Shown: in pieces, positions 41,739 to 50,798 of the stretch
How positions within the stretch are numbered: the first letter of the stretch is position 1
Layout: every line of letters begins with the position of its first letter
From: Candidatus Parcubacteria bacterium
GTDB lineage: Bacteria; Patescibacteriota; Minisyncoccia; UBA6257; HR35
Direction: 5' to 3'
NCBI GenBank assembly: GCA_026004495.1
Contig: BPJG01000001.1
Span: 560,527-624,526 of the forward strand
Length of the DNA stretch: 64,000 nt
Translations under genes and position numbers: made by a program
The notes under the pieces: model-generated
What the model was told of the DNA's origin: nothing
The model's database searches: none
What the model saw: only the letters and a program-made list of their open reading frames with translations

Positions 41739-42221
41739 TTATATTTTTTGTTCTTTAACTATTGTTTTTAGATTAGCGTATAAACCATAACCTATATTAA
41801 TTGGAATTGTAAAATTACCAACCTCTCTTATTGGTTTTTCTAATTCTATTTGATATTTTTTAATATCAATATTGTTATTAATTAAAAAAGATTTAATATC
41901 ATTTTTAGTTATTGAATTATATACTTCTTTATTTTCTCCTATTTTAATATATGCTTCAAAGATTAAATTTTCTATTTTTTGTTTAATTTCTTCTATCTTT
42001 TTGATATTTTCTTGTCTATTTTTTTCAGCAATTAATTTCATATTTTCTAATTTATCAAAATTATTTTTATTAATAACCACTACCTTTCTATTCCTTAAAA
42101 GAAAAATAGCAAATCCTCGTTTAATTTTTTTTATTTCTCCTAAATTACCAATACCTTTAATATCTTCTAATAGAACTACTGGTAAATTTTTGTCTTTTTT
42201 ATATTTTTTCTTTCTGGGCAT
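41739..42221 (-). CDS. rplI: 50S ribosomal protein L9
   Basis: VVLLEDIKGIG..GEIKKIKRGFA and PIREVG, with a basic N-terminal extension. Confidence 0.9.
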   Translation of the reverse strand: MPRKKKYKKDKNLPVVLLEDIKGIGNLGEIKKIKRGFAIFLLRNRKVVVINKNNFDKLENMKLIAEKNRQENIKKIEEIKQKIENLIFEAYIKIGENKEVYNSITKNDIKSFLINNNIDIKKYQIELEKPIREVGNFTIPINIGYGLYANLKTIVKEQKI

Positions 42222-42240
42222 TATTAAAGTATAATTATTT

Positions 42241-43425
42241 TTAATATTGACTTATAATTTCTTTGGCTTTTTCTAAAATTAAGTCTAAATCTCCTTCTTT
42301 TTTATCTTCAACTTTAATGTCTGGATTCAATCCATTATTTTCTAATTTAACACCTGAAGGAGTTAGCCAATAAGCTATAGTTAATTTCAATTTATAACCT
42401 TCGCTTAAGTCAAAGATTTGCTGTACACTTCCTTTGCCAAAAGTTTTTTCACCCACTAATTTAACTCCCAAATTATCTCTTAATGCTGCAGCAAAAATTT
42501 CAGATGCAGAAGCGCTTCCTTTATTAACTAAAATAATTATCTTTTCATTTGATAAATTTCCTGGTCCTCTTGAAAATTCTAATTTTTCTTTCTTTTCTTT
42601 ACCCCATAATTCTTTTAAAATAATCTTATCTTTTGGTATAAATAATTCTGATATCTCTATAGCAGTTTGCAGAAGACCTCCAGGATTATTTCTTAAGTCT
42701 ATAATAAATTTATTTGCTCCTTTAAGTTTTAAATTATCCCAATTATATAAAAATTCATTTTTTGTTTCTTGATTAAAATTATTAATTTTTATATAGCCAA
42801 TATTTGATCCTAAAATTTTACTCTCAACAGCAGCTATTTTTATTTCTTCTCTTATTATTTCAATATCTTTCTCTTTTGTCCATGATTCTCTAAATATAGT
42901 TAAAATAACTTTTTCTTTGCATTTTCCTCTTATTTTTAACACTGCTTCTTCTATGCTCATATAAGTAGTATCTTCATTATTTATCTTTAAAATAAAATCT
43001 CCTGCCCTTAAACCATTTCTTTCTGCTGGACTATTTGACAATGGAGATATGATTGTTATGATGTTATTTCTAATTCCAATTTCTGCGCCAATACCACAAA
43101 ATTTTCCCTCTAATGTTTCTTCAAAAATTTTTGCCTGTGATGGAGTATAAATTTCAGAATAAGGATCTTTTATTGATTTAACTATTCCTCTAATTGCTTC
43201 AAATGCAGCTTCATCTGTATTAATCTTGTTTTGTTCAATATAATTTTTATTAATAGTTTGCCATACTTCTATTAGTAAGTTGTTATATTTTTTTTCAAAT
43301 TTAGGCAAACTAAAGAAGCTAGAACTATAATTTTTTTTTGAATTATTTATATTAAAAGCTAAGGCGATATTTAATGTTAAAATAAATAGAAAGAGATAAA
43401 TTTTATATTTTTTTAATTTATTCAT
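42241..43425 (-). CDS. C-terminal processing peptidase S41 with PDZ domain
   Basis: GIGAEI, DLRNNPGG, SASASEI, TFGKGSVQ and PD. Confidence 0.95.
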   Translation of the reverse strand: MNKLKKYKIYLFLFILTLNIALAFNINNSKKNYSSSFFSLPKFEKKYNNLLIEVWQTINKNYIEQNKINTDEAAFEAIRGIVKSIKDPYSEIYTPSQAKIFEETLEGKFCGIGAEIGIRNNIITIISPLSNSPAERNGLRAGDFILKINNEDTTYMSIEEAVLKIRGKCKEKVILTIFRESWTKEKDIEIIREEIKIAAVESKILGSNIGYIKINNFNQETKNEFLYNWDNLKLKGANKFIIDLRNNPGGLLQTAIEISELFIPKDKIILKELWGKEKKEKLEFSRGPGNLSNEKIIILVNKGSASASEIFAAALRDNLGVKLVGEKTFGKGSVQQIFDLSEGYKLKLTIAYWLTPSGVKLENNGLNPDIKVEDKKEGDLDLILEKAKEIISQY

Positions 43426-43436
43426 TTTCTGTAGGT

Positions 43437-44102
43437 ATGATTAATTTTAAAATTAATGGTCTAATTCTTAATAAAAAAAATATAAAAGAAAAATCGGCAA
43501 TTATCTCTATTTTAACACAAGAATTGGGTATAATCAAGATAAAAATTGATGGTATTAATAGGCCTGAAAGTAAATTATTATCTGTTATTCAACCTGGTTC
43601 ATTTGGCAGATTTTTTATATCTTCAGATTTAAATTCTTTTAAAATTTTATCATTTTTACCACTGAGAATTCCTTATAAAATTTTTAAAAAATTTCCTTAT
43701 ATGTACTTATTCGCCTTAAGATTTTTATCATTTTTTAATATTTACTATACTTCAGCTGATTTTTTTAAAAATATAATTAGAATAGATATTTATCTTTTAA
43801 AATATAAAAAAGTATTTTTAATTTGGTATTTAAATCTAATTTTCAAAGAATTAGGAGTTATTCCTAATTTAACTAACTGTTATAAATGTAATATATTATT
43901 AGATAAATTAATCTATATAAAAGGATCTAAGCTTTATTGCTATAGATGTAAAAAAATAAGTTATGATAAGATTGATTACCAAATTTACAAAAAAGCTCTA
44001 TTTTATTTAAATAATAATTTGATTTTTAAAATAAATGACGATAAAGTAGTTAAATTTATTAAAAAAATTTTTTTAAATCATTTAAAAGAAATTAGTTTAT
44101 AA
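43437..44102 (+). CDS. recO: DNA repair protein RecO
   Basis: N-terminal OB-like GLIL...ILTQELG and a zinc finger CYKC..CYRC. Confidence 0.75.
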   Translation: MINFKINGLILNKKNIKEKSAIISILTQELGIIKIKIDGINRPESKLLSVIQPGSFGRFFISSDLNSFKILSFLPLRIPYKIFKKFPYMYLFALRFLSFFNIYYTSADFFKNIIRIDIYLLKYKKVFLIWYLNLIFKELGVIPNLTNCYKCNILLDKLIYIKGSKLYCYRCKKISYDKIDYQIYKKALFYLNNNLIFKINDDKVVKFIKKIFLNHLKEISL

Positions 44103-44122
44103 ATTGGTTTATAATTTTAATA

Positions 44123-45985
44123 ATGAGTGAAGATAAATTTGATCAGGGGGAATCTTTTGAAGAAAGATTGGAAAAAGAATTATATGGTCAAATAAAATCA
44201 GAAAGGTTGGGGAAGGTAAAAAAAATTTGGGGTAAAAAAATTAAAGAATCTAAATCAACAGAGGATTGGCAAGATTATTTAGACAATTCTAATGTATTTG
44301 GTTTTTTTAATTTTAATTTAAAAAAAATTTTCATAATATCATTCTTATTATTTATAATTAGCTTGGGAATATTTTCAATTATTTTTTATTATCGAACTAT
44401 TAATCTAAAAGGTATAGATATTAATGTTATTGGTCCAGAAGATGTTAATAGTTTCCAGGTTTATGAATATACGATAAATGTTTCTAATAATAGTAAATTA
44501 GATATAGAAAATGTGCGTTTATCAATTAATTTAAGTGAAGGAATTTATTTTTATGATGATTTAGATCAAAATAGCTTAACCTATAATCTTGATAAAATTT
44601 CATCTAAGAGTAGTGAGGAACTAAAAATTAAACTATTTTTTTTAGGTAATATAGGTAAGGGTTTAAATTTCAATGTTAATATTTATTATAAGCCGAGCGG
44701 TAAAAATCAAGAATTTAACATTTCTAAAAATTTTTTAACTACAGTTAAGAAAGAAGCATTTTCATTGCAAATTTTTTCTCCTAATAAAATTTTTTTAAAT
44801 GAACCATTTGTAATATCTCTAAAATTTACAAATTCATCTGATATTACTTATAATTTAAATTTATTTTTAGAAAATAATCCTGACTTAGAAATATTATCAA
44901 TAAATCCAGCGCCCGAAGTAGGTCTTACTACCTGGAATTTTAATGAATTAAAACCTAATGATTCAGGAGAAATTAATATTACAGCTAAATTTACAAACTT
45001 AGTTGAAAAACCAGTTATTTCCTTTCAGCCTAAAATAATTTATAAAAATAAGGTTTTTTTCATAAAAAATTATAATTTAACTCTTAATATCTTAGAAACA
45101 CCAATAAGATTAGAAATAGTTTCTGATCCTTCAGATTATATTGTTAATTTAAATAAATTTATTACTTATGAGATTAAATGGGAAAATAAAAGTAAGGTAT
45201 CTTTACAAAATATTAAAGTTAAAGTATATTTAACTGGTGCTTTTGATTTTGAATCTATAGATACTGATGGTTATTATTCTCCTATCGAAAAATCAATTAT
45301 ATGGAATAGCGTAAATAAACCTCAATTAGCTTCGATTAATCCAGGCAATAAGGATTCAATTAAATTCTCGATAAAAACGATTGATAAATATCCACCAGGA
45401 AGCAAAGATTTAAATTTGAGAGTTGAAGCAATCTTAGAAACAGAAACAATACCTCCGGAGATTCAAATTTTAACTAAAAAATTATCAATTGAAACACAGG
45501 AATCAAAAGTTATTGCTGGTAATTTTAAATTTAATGTCAAAGTTTTATATGATAATCAATTTAATAATAGTGGTTCATTTCCTTTAGTAAATGGAAAAAA
45601 AACAACCCTATCTACTTATTTTGAAATTTGTACTTATGGAGAAGATTTTCAGAATTTTATTATTACAGGCAAAATTCCTCTTGGCATAAGCCTTACGGGT
45701 AATTTTGATTTTAATTTTGATGTTAATAAATTACAATTCAATTCTGAAACAGGAGATTTTTATTATAAAATAGATGAATTGTCAGCTGGTTATTGTGATA
45801 TTTATCCAGATTATAAATTAGCATTCCAAATTGAAGTTTTGCCTCCTTTATATGGTAATATTAATGATTTTATTATTATTCCTCCCTTAAAAATAAATGC
45901 TCAAGGGAAATTTTCTCAAAAGGTATTTGAATTAACAACTCAACCAATTAACGGTTATAAAATTAATTACCAAAATTTTAGATAA
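44123..45985 (+). CDS. Membrane protein with tandem Ig-like (DUF11-like) beta domains
   Basis: A single TM followed by repeated YTINVSNNS/YEIKWENKS-type strands. Confidence 0.7.
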   Translation: MSEDKFDQGESFEERLEKELYGQIKSERLGKVKKIWGKKIKESKSTEDWQDYLDNSNVFGFFNFNLKKIFIISFLLFIISLGIFSIIFYYRTINLKGIDINVIGPEDVNSFQVYEYTINVSNNSKLDIENVRLSINLSEGIYFYDDLDQNSLTYNLDKISSKSSEELKIKLFFLGNIGKGLNFNVNIYYKPSGKNQEFNISKNFLTTVKKEAFSLQIFSPNKIFLNEPFVISLKFTNSSDITYNLNLFLENNPDLEILSINPAPEVGLTTWNFNELKPNDSGEINITAKFTNLVEKPVISFQPKIIYKNKVFFIKNYNLTLNILETPIRLEIVSDPSDYIVNLNKFITYEIKWENKSKVSLQNIKVKVYLTGAFDFESIDTDGYYSPIEKSIIWNSVNKPQLASINPGNKDSIKFSIKTIDKYPPGSKDLNLRVEAILETETIPPEIQILTKKLSIETQESKVIAGNFKFNVKVLYDNQFNNSGSFPLVNGKKTTLSTYFEICTYGEDFQNFIITGKIPLGISLTGNFDFNFDVNKLQFNSETGDFYYKIDELSAGYCDIYPDYKLAFQIEVLPPLYGNINDFIIIPPLKINAQGKFSQKVFELTTQPINGYKINYQNFR

Positions 45986-45989
45986 AAAA

Positions 45990-47330
45990 ATGAAAAAAAT
46001 TGAGGATATTATCAATTTAATGATAAGAAGAGGTTTTGTTTTTCAATCTTATGAAATATATAGTGGCCTAAAAGGATTTTATGATTTTGGCCACTTGGGA
46101 GTATTATTAAAAAATAATATTAAAAATTTGTGGCTAAAATTTATCTTAAAAGAAGATAATATTTTTTTATTAGAAACTCCTATTATTACTAAAAGTGAAG
46201 TTTTTAAAGCTTCTGGTCATTTAGAAAATTTTTATGATTTATTAGTTGAATGTAAATCTTGCCATAATCGTTTTCGCTATGATGTTTATTTAAAGGGTGA
46301 TTATGGAAAGGTGAAAAAGAATAATGAAAAATTTTTTTGCCCTTTATGTAATGGAGAATTAACAGAACCTAAAAAATTTAATTTAATGTTTAAAACCTAT
46401 GTAGGTCCTACGGAGGAATCAAGCACTCAAGCATTTTTAAGACCTGAAACAGCTCAAGGTATTTTTGTAAATTTTGATAATTATACAAAGATTTACCGAA
46501 CTAAATTACCATTTGGAATTGCTCAAATTGGTAAAGCTTTTCGTAATGAAATTACTCCCAAAAATTTTATATTTAGAATTAAAGAATTTGAACAAATGGA
46601 ATTAGAATATTTTATTGATCCTAATGATAAAATTGATTGGCTTTCATATTGGTTAGATAAAAGTATGAATTGGTATATAAATATTTTAGGTTTTAAAAAA
46701 GATAATTTAATAATTTATGAACAACCACAAAAAGAATTAGCTCATTATTCAAAAAAAACTTTAGATGTTTATTATAAATTTCCATTTGGAGAAGATGAAA
46801 TTCAAGGTATTGCTAATAGAGGTGATTATGATTTGAACTCTCATCTAAAATTTTCTGGAAAAGATTTACGTTATTTTAATGACAAAACTAAACAGAAAGT
46901 TATTCCTTATGTTATTGAACCCTCTTGGGGAGTTGAAAGAATATTATTAGCTTTAATTTGCGATGCCTATGATGAAGATGAAATAAATAATGAAAAAAGA
47001 ATTGTTTTAAGGTTATCACCTAATGTTGCTCCAATTAAAATTGCTGTCTTTCCTTTGCTTTCTAACAAAGAGGGATTAATTAATAAAGCTAAAGAGGTAT
47101 TCGATCATTTAAAAGAATATTATCTAGAAATAATTTATGATGAAAATGGTTCTATTGGCAAAAGATATCGTCGCCAGGATGAGATTGGAACTCCCTTTTG
47201 TCTTACTATTGATTTCCAATCGTTAGAAGATAATACTTTTACCATTCGCAATAGAGATACTCTTCAACAAGAAAGAGTTCATTTCAATGAGTTATTAAAT
47301 TATTTTAAAGAAAAAATTAAAAAATTTTAA
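45990..47330 (+). CDS. glyQS: Glycine--tRNA ligase, alpha2 type
   Basis: LRPETAQGIF, FRNEITP, EQMELEYF, VIEPS and IGKRYRRQDEIGTP. Confidence 0.97.
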   Translation: MKKIEDIINLMIRRGFVFQSYEIYSGLKGFYDFGHLGVLLKNNIKNLWLKFILKEDNIFLLETPIITKSEVFKASGHLENFYDLLVECKSCHNRFRYDVYLKGDYGKVKKNNEKFFCPLCNGELTEPKKFNLMFKTYVGPTEESSTQAFLRPETAQGIFVNFDNYTKIYRTKLPFGIAQIGKAFRNEITPKNFIFRIKEFEQMELEYFIDPNDKIDWLSYWLDKSMNWYINILGFKKDNLIIYEQPQKELAHYSKKTLDVYYKFPFGEDEIQGIANRGDYDLNSHLKFSGKDLRYFNDKTKQKVIPYVIEPSWGVERILLALICDAYDEDEINNEKRIVLRLSPNVAPIKIAVFPLLSNKEGLINKAKEVFDHLKEYYLEIIYDENGSIGKRYRRQDEIGTPFCLTIDFQSLEDNTFTIRNRDTLQQERVHFNELLNYFKEKIKKF

Positions 47331-47343
47331 ATTATTTAAAATA

Positions 47344-48204
47344 ATGAAACTTAAAATTTTATTAATTTTATTATTATTTCCTTTTATATCACTTGCTCAA
47401 AACCCTCTTGATTTTGTAAGTACTTATTGTGATATTAATGATCCTGAGCTTGCTATAAGTTACTGTCTTCAGGGCTTATATAATTTAGGTGTTGCTTTAG
47501 CTGTAATGTTGGCTTTTTTTATGTTTCTTTTTGGTGCTTTTAAAAATTTATTAAGTGTTGTGCCTGATGTTAAGATGGAGGGTAAAAGTATGATGCGAAA
47601 CTCTATTATTGGTTTAGTTGTTATTTTTGTTTCAGGATCTATTCTTTATTGGATTAATCCTTTTATTTTTGATCCTCGAATTGTTGTTTATAGAATAACT
47701 ACTGATATTGATCATCAAGAAAAATGGACTGATAATGATGTTGCTAATATTGGTTATAATTCTTCTAATTATCAAGCCCCTGGTAAAACTGGTAAAATAG
47801 TTAAAATTAAACCATATTCAAATATTAGATTATCGAATAATGATGAATATCAAGGACAAACGGGTGAATTTGCTAACGAATGCGTTCTTCCTTTTTTAGA
47901 AAAATTAAATGAAAATTTAAAAAAATATGATGTTAAAGTAACATTAACAGATGGATTTTCTGTTGGCGATCATGAAAGTGAAGCACATATAAAATATGGA
48001 ACAGCAGTAGATATTGTTCCTTTATTTAATAGAAAAGAATATTGGGAAAAAGTATGCAAGGCTGCTATTGAAACAGGAATGGTAAAAAAAATTTTTTATG
48101 AAGCAGGTAGCTGGGAAAATTTAAATTGTGGTAATGTAATTCTTCAGAGATATTATTTTAATAAAACAACCGGCGGTCATTTTCATATTGAAACATGTAA
48201 ATAA
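47344..48204 (+). CDS. Pilin-like N-terminus fused to an M15/LAS-type metallopeptidase-like domain
   Basis: Signal peptide plus a two-helix pilin module ending in INP. C-terminal AHIKYGTAVD and GGHFHIE. Confidence 0.65.
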   Translation: MKLKILLILLLFPFISLAQNPLDFVSTYCDINDPELAISYCLQGLYNLGVALAVMLAFFMFLFGAFKNLLSVVPDVKMEGKSMMRNSIIGLVVIFVSGSILYWINPFIFDPRIVVYRITTDIDHQEKWTDNDVANIGYNSSNYQAPGKTGKIVKIKPYSNIRLSNNDEYQGQTGEFANECVLPFLEKLNENLKKYDVKVTLTDGFSVGDHESEAHIKYGTAVDIVPLFNRKEYWEKVCKAAIETGMVKKIFYEAGSWENLNCGNVILQRYYFNKTTGGHFHIETCK

Positions 48205-48205
48205 A

Positions 48206-48349
48206 TTATCTACTTATCATTGCTATTATTAAAAAGGCAAAGCCGGCAATTATAAAAATAATTGCCCAATGAGTGTTACCTTCTTTTTGTTCTTGCCACG
48301 CCAAATAAAGAAAAAATAAAAATATTGATATTAAGAGTAAAAATCCCAT
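48206..48349 (-). CDS. Small two-TM membrane protein (47 aa)
   Basis: Not in the ORF track. MGFLLLISIFLFFLYLAWQEQKEGNTHWAIIFIIAGFAFLIIAMISR fills the gap exactly. Confidence 0.6.
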   Translation of the reverse strand: MGFLLLISIFLFFLYLAWQEQKEGNTHWAIIFIIAGFAFLIIAMISR

Positions 48350-48373
48350 TTTATAATAATTATAATCTAAATA

Positions 48374-48802
48374 ATGAAAATTTTAATTCAAAAAGTTAAA
48401 TTTGCTAAATGTTTTATTAATAAACAATTGATTGGAGAAATAAATAATGGTTATTTGATTTATATAGGCATTGAAGAAAAAGATGAAAGTAGAGAAGAAG
48501 AGATTATTGAGCAACTATTAAAAATTAAATTTATTGATGAGGAAAATAAATTTAAAAAATCTTTATTAGAAATAAAACCAGAAATAATGTTAATCCCTAA
48601 TATTACTTTAGTTAGCAATATTGAAACAAATAAGCCAGAATTTAAAAATAGTCCTTCTAGAAAAATGGCAGAGAGAATTTATTATAGGGTTTTAAAAATA
48701 TTACAAAATAAAAATTTTTTTATTAAAAATGGTATTTTTGGAGAAAATATGATAATCGAATCTCAAAATATTGGACCCATTAATTTTATTTTAGATATTT
48801 AA
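48374..48802 (+). CDS. dtd: D-aminoacyl-tRNA deacylase (divergent)
   Basis: MKILIQKV, GEI..G, GIFGENM and NIGP (Gly-cisPro motif). The SQFTL motif reads PNITL. Confidence 0.8.
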   Translation: MKILIQKVKFAKCFINKQLIGEINNGYLIYIGIEEKDESREEEIIEQLLKIKFIDEENKFKKSLLEIKPEIMLIPNITLVSNIETNKPEFKNSPSRKMAERIYYRVLKILQNKNFFIKNGIFGENMIIESQNIGPINFILDI

Positions 48803-49189
48803 ATTTTTAAATAAAAAATTTTAGTCATTTTTAAAATTTATAAAATTTTATATTTTAATCTTTTAAATAAATTTTTAGAGAAAAGCAAGCTAAAGGTGTA
48901 TTAAACAAAAAATAAATAATTTCTTATTTTTAAAATATATTATTATTAAAGTAATGTTACTTAACAAGCGATTTTAATTTTTTAATAATTTTATAAAGCT
49001 TGGATTATTTTTTTATATTGATTAATCTTTGAATTTAAATAACAGCAAGACTTATATTAATATATTTGTTTTATCTATTATTATTTTATTTAAATTAAAT
49101 TATATTTATTTAAATTATATTTATTTAAACCTAAATAGTTAATTATAAAAATAATATTTTAATTAATATAATTTAATATATTTATATAT

Positions 49190-49272
49190 CGGAGAGGGTG
49201 GGACTCGAACCCACAAGCCCTTGCGGGCACCGGTTTTCAAGACCGGCGCATTAGCCATTCTGCCACCTCTCC
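49190..49272 (-). tRNA. tRNA-Ser(UGA)
   Basis: GGAGAGG acceptor, CCGGT-CTTGAAA-ACCGG, long V-arm and G73. Confidence 0.95.
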
Positions 49273-49293
49273 TAACATTTAATTTATTTATTG

Positions 49294-49381
49294 CGGAGAG
49301 GGTGGGACTCGAACCCACAAGTCCGCTTTTAGGCGGACAGGTCTTAGCAGGACCTTGCCTTAACCATTCGGCCACCTCTCC
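49294..49381 (-). tRNA. tRNA-Ser(GCU)
   Basis: AGGTC-CTGCTAA-GACCT, long V-arm and G73. Confidence 0.95.
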
Positions 49382-49423
49382 CTATATTTAATTTTATATT
49401 TTAATTAATTTATTAATTTTTAT

Positions 49424-49496
49424 AGCCAGGGACGGGATTTGAACCCGCGACCTCCGCATTACCAGAGCGGTGCTCTAACCACTGAGCTACCCTGGC
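49424..49496 (-). tRNA. tRNA-Thr(GGU)
   Basis: GCCAGGG acceptor and CCGCT-CTGGTAA-TGCGG (U31:U39 mismatch). Confidence 0.92.
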
Positions 49497-49520
49497 AATA
49501 TTTTATTAATTTATTTTAAT

Positions 49521-49604
49521 TCCAGGGGGCAGGATTCGAACCTGCGCAGCCACAAGGGCGCCTGGTTTACAGCCAGGTGCAATTGACCACTCTGCCACCC
49601 CTGG
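49521..49604 (-). tRNA. tRNA-Tyr(GUA) with C1:G72
   Basis: CCAGGGG/CCCCTGG-A acceptor, CCTGG-CTGTAAA-CCAGG and V-arm GCC-CTTGT-GGC. Confidence 0.95.
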
Positions 49605-49629
49605 TTTTAAATAAATATTAATATCTATT

Positions 49630-49715
49630 TGCCCGGGGTGGGAGTCGAACCCACACGGCCTATAAAGGCCATTGGGTTTTAAGCCCAACGCGTCTGCCAA
49701 TTCCGCCACCCGGGC
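49630..49715 (-). tRNA. tRNA-Leu(UAA)
   Basis: GCCCGGG acceptor, TTGGG-CTTAAAA-CCCAA, V-arm and A73. Confidence 0.95.
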
Positions 49716-49747
49716 TTTTTATGATAATTTTATTTTAAAATAATTAT

Positions 49748-50107
49748 ATGAAAAATAAAAACATTTTTCAAAGTTTTAAATGTGCATTTGAAGGATTAAT
49801 ATACGTTTTTAATAATCATAAACATTTTAAAATAGAACTATCAATAGGAATTTTAGTTATAATTTTCTTTCTTTATAATTCAATTTCTTTGATTGAATGG
49901 TTATTTATTATTTTAAGTATTTTTTTAGTTATTTTCAGTGAAATATTAAACACATCAATTGAAGAAACTTCTAATATTATTAAACAAGAATTTGATCTTA
50001 AAATTAAAATAGTAAAAGATTTGAGTGGTGCTTTAGTTTTAATTTCAATTATATTTAGCCTAATTGTATTTATTTTAATTTTTATTAAAAAATTTATTTT
50101 TATTTAA
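49748..50107 (+). CDS. dgkA: Diacylglycerol/undecaprenol kinase family protein
   Basis: SFKCAFEG, EILNTSIE, KDLSGA and three TM helices. Confidence 0.88.
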   Translation: MKNKNIFQSFKCAFEGLIYVFNNHKHFKIELSIGILVIIFFLYNSISLIEWLFIILSIFLVIFSEILNTSIEETSNIIKQEFDLKIKIVKDLSGALVLISIIFSLIVFILIFIKKFIFI

Positions 50108-50117
50108 AAATATTTTA

Positions 50118-50705
50118 ATGATAAACCCTTTATTCAAAAAAATTGTAGAAATTTTTGATAGCTTTCCGGATATTGGACCTCGTCAATCGTGGAGATTGTT
50201 ATTTTGGTTTGTTAAACAAGAGGTTAAATTTAAAAATAAATTTTTAAGCTATTTTCAGTTATTAATAGAAAAGTTAAATTTTTGCCAAAAATGCTTTATG
50301 CCTACAATTGAAGAAAATATTTGCTCTATTTGTTCTGATCCTGATAGAAATAAATCTAAATTATGTATAGTGGCAAGAGAAACAGATTTAATTACTATTG
50401 AAAATTTAAAAAAATATCGAGGTTTATATTTTGTTTTGGGTGGTTTAATTTTACCATTTGAAAATAAAAATATTATTAAAGAAAGGATGAAAATATTAGA
50501 AGATAGATTAATTAATGATAGGCAGATTAAAGAAATAATATTAGCCTTGCCTTTTACTAAAGAAGCTGAACCAACAAAAAAAGACTTAATAAAATTGATA
50601 TCTAAATTTAATTTAAAATTTAAAATTCCTCGAAGAGGTATTCCAACTGGTGGAGAAATAGAATTTATTGATCCCGAAACACTAAAAGAAGCTCTCGAAT
50701 TATAG
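50118..50705 (+). CDS. recR: Recombination mediator RecR
   Basis: PDIGPR, CQKC..CSIC, YRGLYFVLGG and GIPTGGEIEF. Confidence 0.93.
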   Translation: MINPLFKKIVEIFDSFPDIGPRQSWRLLFWFVKQEVKFKNKFLSYFQLLIEKLNFCQKCFMPTIEENICSICSDPDRNKSKLCIVARETDLITIENLKKYRGLYFVLGGLILPFENKNIIKERMKILEDRLINDRQIKEIILALPFTKEAEPTKKDLIKLISKFNLKFKIPRRGIPTGGEIEFIDPETLKEALEL

Positions 50706-50798
50706 AATAAAAATTTAAAATAACTTATTTTATAATAGAATTTTTATTTATATTTTTATGATATATAATATTTTTTATTTTATTAATCTTTAAACCAA

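Noticed and set aside
49085-49130. Short AT-only direct repeat (TAAATTATATTTATT twice)
   Set aside because: Low-complexity slippage in nearly GC-free DNA with no functional indication.
49163-49709. Track ORFs 49163..49375 and 49506..49709 on the minus strand
   Set aside because: They are translations of the tRNA-Ser/Tyr/Leu genes, not proteins.
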